The notes under the pieces are model-generated. The model ran no database searches. It saw nothing but the letters and a program-made list of their open reading frames with translations, and was not told the origin of the DNA. Shown here piece after piece: positions 11,401-26,400 of a DNA stretch of 64,000 nt. Position 1 is the first letter of the stretch, and each line of letters opens with the position of its first letter. Location of the stretch: the IMG/VR virus record IMGVR_UViG_3300029286_000013; one strand, given 5' to 3'. The position numbers and the translations under genes were made by a program. This stretch comes from a virus.

Positions 11401-14400
11401 CCACTGATTGATACAGTAGTTGAAATCACATTATTAAGCGATCAGGTAAGTCCAACTGCATACTATCAAATACCTATCAACTTACAAAACAATCCGTTCA
11501 ATGATGATGTATCTGTTGTTAACGTAGGTGACATTCGCGGTCAATATCAAAGTATTTTCTATAACAACCCAAACACAACCGGCGACGTTTTTGGCTCAAA
11601 CAATTATCGTGACTTAGGTAATCTTGTGCCTTGGGGAAATAAGATTATTCAAAATAGTGCAAGTTTAGCATTACCTGGATCGTTGTTAAGGTCACAAAAT
11701 AATAATCTTATTAATTCTTTGCAGTATAACAGTCAGCAGTATATTACTTTTAGGTCGTTATTGGTTTATACTATAGATAGAACTGAATATAACATATATC
11801 AGACTCCTGCAACTATTTTAGATGATGCATTGGATCAAATTACCCAAAACAAAACAGAATCAGAACCTTTTTTCTGGAGTGATATGTTGCCAAGTAAAGC
11901 GGCATATGCTACTAATACATATACTTTTGCTAACTCATTAGATACAAGTATCTACCCTTTAACAAGAATTTATAATTTTGATACCGCAAATTATTATGGC
12001 GTATTAGTTTATTTGACTACAACAGTAGATAACTTTACATCAACACAACAATTGATTGTTAATCAGGATTATACAGTAAGTACAGATACTCCATCATTGA
12101 CTATTACAAAAGACTTATCTGCTGGAGACATTGTAACAATTAAAGAATACAATCAGACTTTTGGAAGTTATGTACCAAACACTCCTACTAAATTAGGATT
12201 ATACCCCTCATTTATTCCCGGAGTTGTATTAGATAGTAATTATTCTCAACCTACATATTTTATTCAAGGACATGATGGTTCATATACTAAATTATATGGA
12301 GAATATATTGATGGAAATTTAGTTGACTTTAGAGACCAAGCACTATTGGAATTTGAATCACGTGTTTATAATAATCTTAAATTAACAGACATAGTTCCTA
12401 TTACTGAATATGATGTTATTCCGGGATTCTTTAGAACAACCAACTACTCATATGATGAAGTCTTACAAATATACAGTCAGTATTTCTTAAATTGGGTTGG
12501 GCAGAATCGCATTGAATATAAGAAACAATTTTATCAACCCAATGACCAGTTTAGTTATAATTACACCCAGTCCGGTAATAGAATTAATGGACAACCAATT
12601 CCACAAGGATTCTGGAGAGGTATATATGAGTACTTCTATGATACAAGTACTCCAAACACCACACCTTGGGAAATGATTGGCTTTACAAATCAACCAACTT
12701 GGTGGACTGATAGATACGGCGCCGCACCATACACAAGTGATAACTTGGTATTATGGGGAGATATGGCTGCGGGCATCAACTGGAATAACGGTGATCCAAT
12801 TGTCTTGCCTGAATTTATTAGAGAAGAATTATTAAGTGTAATACCAGTAGATGGTGCAGGTAATTTATTATCCCCGTTTGATGCAGTGATGGGTAACTAT
12901 AATTTCAGAACATTTAGAAATGAATGGGCTGTAGGAGATGTAGGCCCAGTTGAATTCTCATACCGCAGAAGCAGTAGTTGGCCTTTCGACTTAATGAAGA
13001 TTCTTGCTCTTACTAAACCTGCAAAATTCTTTAACTTGGGTTTTGATGTAGACAACTACAAATTTAGTACGGAGTTTAATCAATATCTAGTTAATAATCG
13101 CAGTCACTTAGTGATTAGTGATGTTGCCATATATGGTAATGGAACGGCAAAAACAAGTTATATAAACTGGATAGTTGATTATGAAAAGCAAGTTGGTATT
13201 AATGCCACACAAAATATTACAGACTTATTTGATAATTTAGATGTAAGATTGATTTATAGATTGGCAGGATTTAGTGATAAGAGTTTGCTTGGTTTCTATG
13301 TTGAAAAGGGAACACCAAACAGTAGAAATGCATCATTACTAATTCCAGACGAAAGTTATAGTGTAGTATTGTATGATAATGTACCTATAACCACTGTAAT
13401 TTATAGCGGCGTTGTTGTGCAAAGCACAAACGCTGGTTGGAAAGTATTTGGTAACTCACAAGATACCGCATACTTCACTACGGTAACTCCTAAGATTAAT
13501 GGAAACTACAATAAAGTTACAGTGGGTAATATATCAGTTCAACTAGCAAATGACTATACTGAAAACAAAACTAATATTGTACCATACGGAACTGAGTTTC
13601 TTGACTTACAATCACTAAGTCAATTTATAGCTAACTATGGAAGATATTTATTAACACAAGGTGTATTATTTGACCAAATAGAATCTGGTATAGATGTTAA
13701 CTGGCGTCAAATGGTTACGGAATTATTATACTGGGCACAGAGTGGTTGGGAAACAGGAAGTTTAATTAACTTAAATCCAGCCGCTAATTTGATTACTATT
13801 AATAAAGATAGTCATATAGTTCAACCTCTAACACTACAAAGACAAAACTTTATTTTAAATCAAAACTTCTACCCAATACAAAGTAATGAATTATCAGTAA
13901 CACGTGATAGTACGTTCTTTAGTGCAACACCATTAAATGAAGGTGATACTGTTGCGTATGGTCAGTTTAACATTAGTAACTTTGAACACGGTATTGTGTT
14001 TGATAATGTTACTGTGTTCAATGACGTATTGTATAATTTAGTAACTGGCTTAAGACAAAATCGTATCTTAACCAGAGGCACAAAGTCTGCTGATTGGAAT
14101 GGTACTATTGATGCACAAGGCTTTATTCTTAACCAAAATAATATTGAAGAATGGAGTACTAATCAAAAGTATACAAGAGGCAGTATTGTTAAGTATAAAA
14201 ACAAATATTGGTTTGCATTAAAAGTATTAAATGCAAAGGAAATATTTGAAGAACAGTATTGGAAAGAAACTGATTATAATGAGATTCAGAAAGGGTTACT
14301 GCCTAACAGTTCAACACGTTCATATGAAGCAACATTGTTTTATGATACAAACAAAACTAATTTAGACCAAGATAGTGACCTACTAAGTTGGTCATTGATT

Positions 14401-17400
14401 GGATATAGACCACGTGATTACTTAGCATTAGCTGATTTGACAGACATAACACAGGTTAATGTTTATAAAAATCTTATCAAAGAAAAAGGTACACGAATTG
14501 CGGCAAATAGTTTTAAAGGATTAAACTTACCACAAGGTGGTATTGATTATGATGTGTATGAAAACTGGGCTATTAAGACCGGCGAGTTTGGTGGTGTATT
14601 AAACAATAACTTTGTTGATTTTAGATTAAATCAAAATCAATTAACAGGTAATCCATCTATTGTTGGACTTACTACCGGTGTGTATACTGATGGTGTAGAA
14701 CAAGAAGTACCGTTATATTCAGTTTTTAATTATGGAAGACCTATAAATAATCCAAATGTATTACCCACATTACCGTCAGATACACCAAATAGAGTGTTCC
14801 CGGATGCAGGTTATACTAACTTTAATGATGTTAAAATCTCATCGTACTATTATAATGGATTGAATACTGCAACAACTCCTCTATCACATTTATATGTAAA
14901 TGAATACGTATGGTTAGCTGATTATAATAGCACTTGGCAAGTATATACTCCAACAAGTGCCGGACAAGTAGTGGGTGCAATCAATAACTTAAATGGAACT
15001 GTCACACTACAGTTTGCAACACCGCACAATTTAACAAAATATCAACCATTTGCTATTATTAATTTTAATAGTAATATTGATGGTTACAGAATTGTTGCAA
15101 CAGTAGTAGATCCATTTAGAGTAACTATTCTATTAAGTTTATCATCGGCATTGACAACAATCACCGGTGAAGGTGTTGCGATGAAATTCTCATCTCAACG
15201 TGTAGCTACACCAAGTGATATTAATAACTTGCCTTTACTTGACAGTGAATTTGTAAAGAACAAAGTTTGGGTTGATGAAAATGATGATGGCTCTTGGGCT
15301 GTATATCGTAAGAGTTTAAACTATGTATATGAAGATGAATTATTAAAAACTAATTCATTAACATATGGTAGTGCAGTTGCACAAACAAGTAATTTAGGTT
15401 ATTTGATTAGTGACGCAGAGACCGGTGTTGCATATCGTTATTCTTATAGCTCGGTTTTTGATTCTTATAGTATTGTTCAAACAATTACTGAGGGTATATC
15501 TTTTGGTTCTACGATTGCATATTCAGATAATTTATTTGTAATATCACAACCAACTGGTGCAGCCTATACTGACAGAAAAGTTTATATTTACGATTTAGTA
15601 ATTAACAATTTACTTAACGAATTGCAAGAAGTACAAGTAATTGAATCACCTGATGACGATTCTGTAACCAACTGGGGTTCTTCAATCGCATTATCTGGTG
15701 ACCAAAATTGGCTATACATCTCTGCATATGAACAGAATTTAGTTTATGTCTATCGTAAATCTGATTTAACTACTTTATATGAATTATCTGACACGATTAC
15801 AGTTGCCGGATTAAGTGCAGGTGATAGTTTTGGTTATTCTATTGCCACAAACTATTATGGTAATATTGTAGCTGTTAGTGCGCCAGAAAATGATACCGTT
15901 GTTGCTGATTTAGGTACTGCTTACTCTTTTGAAAGGTTAGTACAAACGTTTGAGGCACCATTTACAAGCTCACCGTTTGCCCCACAAACGTTTAGTTTGA
16001 TATTTACACCAATCACAACACCAGTGACGGTCACTGATACTAACGCAGGTACTGACCGTTTTACGTGTACTGACAGTTCTGTTCTAACAGTTGGTTATCC
16101 TATCGTGTTTACTGGAACTGTATTTGGTGGAGTATCATTAAACACAGTTTATTATGTATTGGCTAAACCATCAGGAACTACTTTCACTGTATCTACTGAA
16201 CGAGGTGGTTCAACATTACAATTAATTACCGACACTGGTTCAATGTCCGCTGTTCAACAAACTGAACCAATCTTTGTAAGCGTTAATGGGACATTGATTG
16301 ATGATAATGAATACGGTGTTGTTGGAACAAATATTAATGTTTACCAATCATTAACTGCAGGTGATATCATTACTGTAAGCGGTTCTGAATTTGTATTAAC
16401 ACAAGAATTCACATCAGTAGATGCTAATCCTGAAGTTGGAACAAACTTTGGTTATAGCTTAGATGTAGACACTTATGCAAATGAATTATTGATTGGCGCA
16501 CCGTTTGAAATTAACAGTCAAAATGCTGAAGGTGCTGTTTATCGTTATACATATGGAGGTAGCAGTTATGGTATAGTTACCGGCACTACTGAGTGCAACG
16601 TAACTGCGGCTACTACAATATTAGTAAATGGTTATGCTGTAAATATTCCTGCAGGAAATGCAACGGCAGCTGCCAATGCTATTACTTCTGCAAACATCAC
16701 AAACGTTACTGCATCTGCTTCAAATAACATTTTAACTATTCAAGTTATCAGTGTAGATTTAGCGTTTATCAATGCTAAGTTAACTGTGTCTGTTTTAGAT
16801 GCTGATGTATTAGACCAATTGGGTATACAGTTATATACACAAACACAATTAATCAATGACCCGCATAGTCAAGGTAGAACACAATTTGGTTCTACTATTA
16901 AATTTAACTCTAGTGGTTCATTTGTAGTAAGTGCTCCGGCATCAGCACGATATGCAGAAACAACGTTTGATGCAAGTGATGATGAAAACTATGACAATGA
17001 TACATTGTTTGATAACAATACAACACAGTTCATAGATAGTTTTGTTAATGCAGGCGCAGTGTATATGTACGATTACTTGCCTGTTTACAATGAAAATGTA
17101 AATAATTCTGGTGCATATGTATATGCTCAAAGCGTTAATGCACTGAATGAAGATTATGGTAGCCAACCATATTATGGTACAGCGTTAGATTTTAATAATA
17201 ACAGCGTTATCATTGGTACACCTAACTTTAGACCTGGATATGATAATGGTCAAGTAGTGATTTATAACAATAGTTCAGGTGAATCTGATTGGATAGTGTA
17301 TCGTAATTCTGCACCAATCGTTGATACTGATGCTATACAAAACGTTCAGTTATATAGTGTATCAACTAACAATACATTAGACAATTTAGATTATATTGAT

Positions 17401-20400
17401 CCGTTGCAAGGTAAATTATTGGGCGCAGTACGTGAGAATTTAGACATAGTATCTAACACTGATCCTGCAAATTACAATAGTCCTGATGCAACGAATAAAG
17501 GTTCTACCGTATGGGGTCCGGGACAATTAGGTAAGTTATGGTTCGATACAAGCACTACACGATTTGTAAACTATCATCAAAGTGATGATGTTGTTTATAA
17601 TAGTAAATGGTGGGGTAGAGTATTCCCAGGCAGTGACGTTAAAGTATATAGTTGGGTTACCAGTGACGTTGAACCAATCGTATATCAAGGACCAGGCACA
17701 CCTCGTAGTATTGATGACTATGCAATTGAATATAGATTGAATAGCACAGGAGCTCTTGTACCTGTATATTACTATTGGGTAAGAAATACAAACATTGTGT
17801 TTAACCAAATAGGAAAAACATTATCAGATACTATATGTGAATCATATATAGCTACCCCATTGTCTACAGGTATTTCATATATGGCAGCAATACAACCAAA
17901 TGTATTTGGTTTATATAATTGCGGTAGTAATATCAATGCGACTGATACTGCATTGCATATTGGCTTTGCTACAGGAACAAATGACGATGTTTCGCATAGT
18001 GTGTACAGTTTAATACGTTCTAATTATGCTGATGATTTCTTACCAGGACTACCTGGCATAGGAGATACAGTAGTACCGGAATCATTGTATAACAGAATGC
18101 TTGAGAGTTTCAGTGGTGTCAATCAAACCGGCGCTGTTGTTCCTGATCCGTTCTTACCAAAACCAGTACAGAGTGGTATATTAGTACGTCCTCGTCAAAG
18201 TTTCTTCTACAATAGATTTAAAGCATTAGAAAACTATTTGCAATTCTATAACACAGTATTAGCACAATATCCATTAGCTGAAACAAGCAGTTTGAAATTC
18301 TTATTCACAGAAGGTGCAATCAATCCTTCTACAGTTGATAACCCAAATTGGCCTGGTGCACCAGAATTATTCTACAACACACAAGATTACTGGGAATTAA
18401 TTAACTGGTGGGCACCTGGATATAATGATAATACTAAGTCTGCTATGTTAGTGGAATCATATTATGATTTAGCTCCAATCAATGCTCAACTTGGACTAAT
18501 TGTTACTGTTAATAAGAATGGTGACGGATTACAAGAAACATATGTGTATGATGGCATTGAGTGGGTCCGTATTGGATTGCAAAATGGTACAATACAGTTT
18601 AGTAGTTCATTATGGGATTATGCAGAAGCACGAATAGGATTTGGTGATAACTTTTTTGACACGACACCTTTTGATACCTTCCCAAGTGAAGAAACACGTA
18701 GTATTATTCGTGCAGTAAATGAAGAATTACCTAGCAATTTATTATTGTTTAGAAATAAATCATTAATTTTGATGTTCAATTATATTGTTAGTGAAACAAT
18801 TGAGAGTCAAAATTATTTACCATGGTTAAACAAAACGTCATTCATAGATGTTGCACATACCATACGTGAATTATTACCATTAGAAGTATTCCAAAGTGAT
18901 AACCAAGAATTCTTAGCAGGTTATTTAAATGAAGCTAAACCTTATCATGTGGTAATCAAAGACTTCTTATTTAAATACACTGGCACTAATGTGTACGAAG
19001 GTGAGATAACTGATTTTGATTTACCTGCACAATATAACACACAGTTTCAACAGTATATCACTCCTGAATTAGTATACGCTAATCCAAGTAGTATCAATCA
19101 ATACTTGCCAACTGACCCTATCTGGCAAACTCAACCATATATCAATTGGTTCAATAATCAAGGCTTAAGCATCACCGGGGTAAATGATTATCCAATCACT
19201 TTATTATTATCATATTTGACATTGAATAGCATATCAATGGTTGTTGATAATGTATACGGCTTCCCAACTACAGGTGTTATATTAATAGGTGAAGAGGAAA
19301 TTGCATACAGTAGTGTTGATAGAGCATATAGCACATTGAGTGGATTGACTCGTGGAGTTAACGGTACTACCATAACAAATCATCTCCCCGGTGAACAAAT
19401 TATCATTGACTTACCTCCTGTGTTGTTATTAAATGGCGGTAGAGGTTATGCTGAACCACCAAAGGTCACTGCATATATTGATACAACTATATATCCAGCA
19501 CCAAGACGTGCGGCTATATTACAACCTGTGATGAACTTAGATACGATTCTACGAATTGATGTAATCGATCCAGGTGAAGGTTATCAAGTATTGCCAGAAA
19601 TTCGAATTGATCCGAGTGAGATTGTAACATTTGCTAGTACCGATGTTGATGTACTAACAAACACAATTACATTACAAACTCAATTTGTACAAACAGGTGA
19701 TTTAATACAATACTATGTAGGTACTGATACCACTGCGGTGGGTGGATTAGATGATGGTCAATATTATTATCTAGCAGTATTAGAAAATACTCCTTTCTAT
19801 GTTGTTGCATTGTATACTAGTTACGCAAATGCATTACAAGACCATGATAGAGTCGTACTAACTAATACTGGAACCGGAAGTAATAATAATATTGCAGTAA
19901 GTGCCAGAGCAAGTTGTGTTTCAACTTCTTTACCAACTAGAGAAAATATCATTACATTACGATTTGATAGAACTACATATGATTCTCAAGTAACTGAGTG
20001 GGCACCTGACAATTTTTATGGTAGCTTTTATGCTGGTTTATTTAATAACAGCACAAGAATTGCAAGTTCTGCTATTACATTAGAACAAACTCAGCCACCG
20101 GTTAATGATATTTTGGCAAGCGCACAAGGTGCAACATTTGAAATACAAGATATTACAAATGACCAAGTGCTTACATGGTCATCATTTATCCGTCAAGTAG
20201 GTGAAACAGTAGCCGCAAATGATGCAGTGAGATTAACTTACGACAGTACCCAACCAAATGCTTCCGGATCAACAATTGGTTTCTATGTTGGAATGCCAGT
20301 TAAATTTGTTGGCGCAGTAGGTCCAGTAATTACAAATAATACTACCTACTATGTAGCTGAAGTTATAAATGAGAGTGACTTCTCAATATCAACTACAGTT

Positions 20401-23400
20401 AGTGGTTCAGTACTGCCATTAACTGACTACACCGTTACCGCAGCCGGCTTGTCTTGCTACGCCGGTGAAGTAACTAACACAGCTATTGTTACAATTGCAT
20501 ATCCTGGTATATTAGATGTAACAGCAACAGAATTAACAACCAACTTCATTACAACTCCAACACTACCAACAGGTACTGCGGGAACTAGTGGCTTCTATGT
20601 TGGTCTACCTGTATACTTTGTTGGAAATGTATTTGGTGGTATCATTGAAAATGAAACTTACTATATCATAACTGTTATAGATAGTGAAACATTTACTATA
20701 TCAACAACAAATGATCCTTTAATATTAACAGCAACTAACACTACTGTAACAACTAACTTAGTAACAGTTGGTTCTACGTTAGAATTAAGTGTGAATGACC
20801 CGATAATCTTTACTGGAACTATGTTTGGTGGTCTTGTTGCAGGTCAAATTTATTATGTTGCAAGCATTTACAATGGTACACAAATTACATTGTCATCTAC
20901 TATCAACGGACCGGTCACAACATTGAGTACTGCAACAGGTAGTTGCACATTAACTAGCCAAACTACTGCGGTACAACTAACAACTGCAACAGGTTCAATG
21001 ACAATGAACGTTGGACTACCAGTAAGCCCAGGACAAGTTACTGGTCAATTGTTTACGTTCTACCCAACTGTAGCTAGTGTAGGTACTGGTGTATCAGGAA
21101 CTAATGGTAATTTAGTAACAAGAGATACAGTAGCCGCTACAAGCAACGGTGATTATTTATATTTGAGATATCTAAGCGGTGGATTAACAAACATATACAA
21201 CAACTTACCGTTTGTATTGTCTGAAAGCATCGGCGGATTAACTGCAGGTGACACATACTATGTAGTATCTAACGGTGCATTAGCTGTTGAAGTGGCAAGC
21301 TCATCTTCATCTACTAATGAATATACATTAGCCTCAGGCACACTAACAACCGGATTCTATATTGGCATGCCAATATCATTCTCTGGTGCGGTATTTGGTA
21401 ATGTAGTTGCATTAGTAACATATTTTATCAATAGCTATGATTTAGGTGGCGACACGTTTACTATTACTGATACAATAGGAGGCAGTGACCTTGTATTAAC
21501 TACTGACAATGGTCAGATGACATTAACAGCGGATAACCCTTATATCACATTGACAGACACATTAGGTGATCCTGCAATCGGATTAACGGATGAAATACTA
21601 GAAACAGTCTTTACGCAAGATCCAATATCTTCGCCAACATTCAATGTTGGTAAGAAATTAGGTGGATATACCATTGATATAGTAAATCCGGGTTCAGGAT
21701 ACACGTTTGATAACACTATCACTATTTCTGGAACTGATTTAGGTGGAACAAGTCCATTAAATGATTTGGTATTAACTGTTAGTGGAATTGATGTAATAGT
21801 CGCTAACACTAATCCAAATTATGATTTCTTATTACCAGTAGAATCAGACGGAAACGTTACAAGTGTAATTGGTTCTGGTACTCCTGCAGGTATAGTACGT
21901 CAATATTACTTAAAAGTAATTTCTGCAACACAATGTGAAGTATATGCTAATCCTTTATTAAATGTCCCGGTAAATGGTCTAGTATTAGAAACAGAATACA
22001 CATTGGGTGATTATGTTTTTTTACCAGAGCCATTCTACTTCAATCAAAGTATTGTTAAGTATAACAACCAAGTATGGCAATGTATTATCAGTAACAATGA
22101 TAATGAATTCATTATAGGTAAATGGGAATTATTAAATAGTGGTAGTAGAAAACTCAACGAGTTGGATCGTATCATTGGTTACTATGACCCTACAGTTAAT
22201 ATGCCTGGTGTAGATTTAACACAATTGATTGAAGGCATTACTTATCCAAATAGTACATATTTAGATAATGCATTTGCTCCGGAAGATCAATATACATTAG
22301 ATACTATATTGCAAGACCAACCATTCTACCCAACAAGTGTAGATACTGTTGCTATTTCTTGGAACGGTACAACATATGTTGCAGCCGCAAATACACCTGA
22401 ATATTCTGCATCACTGTTAAGCGTAGATGCATCAAGTTGGGCAATAAACAAATTAGTAAATATTCCAGTTAATGCTTCTGACATAATCTATGCTAATGGA
22501 TTGTTCGTAATAGTTTGTGAAAGTGCAACTACACCTATTTACACAAGTACTGATGGTATAGTGTTTACTACTGCCGGCGGAGCCTTCACACCCTATGATG
22601 CTACACCCTATTCTATAAATAATTACGATTCTACTTTATTATCTGTAGAATCTACTTCACTATCAAGTGTTGCTTATGGAAATGCTATTTGGATTGCAGT
22701 AGGAGAAAACATTGTATTATCAACTGATACGTTCTCATGGGCACAAGTAGACACATTTACTAATGGATTAGTAAATAATTTAAACAGTGTAACGTATGTA
22801 AACATACCTAGCTATGTAGGTTTTATATCTGTTGGTAATGGTCAAGAGATAATATCCGGATCTACACAAGGAACAAGTGTTATTAAAATCAGTTCTGATG
22901 GATACGTTTGGACTACACTTCCTATTGTATCATACAAAGGATTTAACGGTGTTACATCAAGCAGTTCAATGATTGTTGCTGTTGGTGAGGATGGTGTAAT
23001 ATATACATCATTGAACGGCACTAATTGGTTTGGACTAAATGAATCTAACATTATTAGTGTAAACGCAAGCACTAACGTTATTAACGTTGGCAGTACTACT
23101 GGATTCCAAGTAGGTAATACAGTAAGATTTACTCAGTCATTTAATGTGATTTCATCCGGTACAACTTACTATGTAGTTGATGTTACTTCTTCTACACAAC
23201 TTAAAGTAAGCACTACATCAGGTGGATCTCCAATTACATTGAATGCAACTAATCCACCTTCAACTACATTTATGTACATCTACCCAACAGGTCCTACATT
23301 AAATGATGTGTTGTATGCTAACTCATTGTTTATGGCTGTGGGTAATACAGGTACTATTAAAACATCATCTGATGGATATACTTGGACGATTAAAACGTCA

Positions 23401-26400
23401 GGTACAACAAAAGATTTAAATGGTATAACATATAACAGTATTGATGGTGAATGGATAGTAGTAGGTGATGATAACGCTATCATTACAAGTACAAATAATG
23501 GAAATACTTGGATTAGTTCATCTGTGTTTGAAACTGCACCTACTGTATACGATGTACAAGGAGATGCATTCACTGCAGGTTATGGTCCAGAAGAATTAGT
23601 TCCTGGGGTAGTATCTGATAATTTAACAATGATTGTCACAACAAGACCTGGCACTGATTGGGATACGTCAATATACGGACATGCTGGTTACAATGTTGTC
23701 TCTACTGAAATAGTACCAGACTCTGGTCAAACAGAGTTCTCATTTGAAGGTGTTGTAGAGAACCCGGCAAATATATCATTGTTTGATATTACAACTGCAA
23801 CAAATACTAGTATAAGAATTTATGATTTTACTGTTGACTGGGTGAATAAAGTAGTTACTATCGGAACAGCATTAGCAGTAGACCATACACTACGACTAGA
23901 TGTATACGAAGTAGGCAATGGTAATCAACTAGTTAAAGCCAATTCGCAAACTATACCGTTCGTTGATAATATCTCGACTGGTTTTGTTGAGATGCCATTG
24001 AACTGTAATTATTCTGCTGATAGATTTAATGGCTCCGGAGTAATACGACCAAATACTGATCCAAAATCAGTTAACGCAATCGAAACGGATGCGATTGATA
24101 ATGGCATCGTATGCGAGTCAGTAGATTATTTTGCGGTAAATGCACCTATAACATTCCAAGGTGCAGTGTTTGGTGGAATAGTATCCGGTACTACATATTG
24201 GATAAAGACAATAAGTTACATAACTAACAAAATAACTATATCTGCATCTGTGTCAGGTGGTATAGCAGGCCCTACATTTGATGTTACATCTGCTACTGGA
24301 ATAATGCTTGTAAACATCCAATCAACAAATGGATTAGTTTGGACGGATCCTATACTTATTCACAACGGCACTAATTTAGTATTAGGCGAACAGGGTATTG
24401 TTTCAGAAACAAATAGTGGAACAAATACTATTGTTGTTAATAGTACCGATCATTATGAGGTAGGTGACACAATTGTGTTCAGTGATGCGATAGATACTGG
24501 ATCATTCGTTTCGTCTGGACTAATAGCACAGCAACAATATTATATTACTTCTATTGTTGGTAATGAGTTTACTGTATCATTAACATCAAGTGGAACAAAT
24601 GTAACATTAGCTAATGCAACTGGTATAGCATTATGCGTTACAAATGACTATGCAATAGCTATTGCAGATGAGGGTATAACAGCAAAGATTGTTTTCGCTA
24701 ATCAATATACTCAAGCAAATGACTTTGTTGTATTATCTGTTTTTGGTGAGACCGCGCCAGTTCAGTATGGATACACAGTCCCAGAAGTAGAGTTATTCGA
24801 ACTTACAACTGCTGTTACTGAGTTTACGTTATCTAATTATGTAGGTGGCGATAATGCCAAAAATGCTATTGTTGAACACAATGGTAGACGTTTAGTAGAA
24901 ACATCTGACTATACTATTGATTTCAATACTGAAACATTAAGCTTAAACTTTGGAACAAGTGCAGGCGATACTGTTGCAGTTACAAGCTATAACTTAACTG
25001 ATAGACAATATCTACATACTACGTATGGTGGAACTTTCTCTGGATCAACTACTAATTCATTCTTCATAGGTAGTACAACTCATACACCGGGATATGATGC
25101 AAATATAACCGCCGGACAATTCTTAGTAGGTAGTGAGTATGTTATTACTAAAGTTGGAACGACGGACTTCACCCTAATTGGTTCAACTCAAATAAATGCC
25201 GGCTCGTTCGTTATAGGCACTTCATATACTATTGATGGATTAGGTACTACTGACTTTACATTGATCGGCGCCACTCAAGTGGCTGCTGGCTCGTTTGTTA
25301 TTGGAAATGTATATATTATAAATTCAATCGGTACTACTGATTTTACATTAATAGGTGCATCGTCAAATACAATTGGTCTGGAATTTGTTGCAACAGGCGT
25401 TGGTACAGGTACAGGCACTGCTTTAAACAACATTTTTGTAGCTACAGGAATAGGATCAGGAACAGGTACTTCACTTGAAAGTTTGTTTACTGCTAGTGGT
25501 GCGGGTACTGGAACAGGCACTGCGGCAATTGGTTTTGATGGCGGAGTAATAACTACTGCTGGATCGTTTACTATAGGTGCTACCTATGAAATATTGACAG
25601 TTGGTACAACAAACTTTACATTGATAGGATCAGTTGACAACAATGTAGGAACTATGTTTACAGCAACTGGTGTAGGCACCGGAACTGGAACAGCCGGCAC
25701 CGGATTGTATAGTCCAGGACCTGACTACTTAACTTTAAGTTCAGGTAACACAAATTCATTGAATATTAATGACGCTATCACATTTACTGGTACAACATTT
25801 GGTGGCATCGTTGCTAACCAAACTTATTATGTAGTAAATATTATTAGCTCGACTGAATTTGCAGTATCAGAAACACCGGGCGGCTCGGCGATACAATTGA
25901 CTACTGATTTTGGCTCAATGATTGGCATTACTAATCCACCAACAGTAGCGCCAATATCAGGAGTAGACAATCTTATTACCGCTCCAATTACAGTTGGTAT
26001 AACCAGCACAACGATTACTACTAATGTGGTTACTTGTTCTTCCACTATAGGATTCTCTCCTGGACAACCAATTATGTTTAAGCGTTCTAATCCTGCAACA
26101 CCATATGGTAATATATTGTGTGACGGAACAGTGTATTTTATTAAAACAGTAGTTAATGGATTTGATTTTACTATATCAGAAACACCTAGCGGACCTGTAA
26201 TGGTTCAAGTTACTACTTCAGGCGCAATTCTAGCTGAAGTTAGTGGAAATCCTGCTGTGTCTATTACAACTGGTGTACCGCATAATTTAGCAGAAAATGA
26301 TATTGTTAGAATTGACGGAACGTTAGGATCTGTACAACTAAACAATAATACATATTATGCTAAAATTATAAGTGCAACTCAAATTGCGTTATACAATAGT

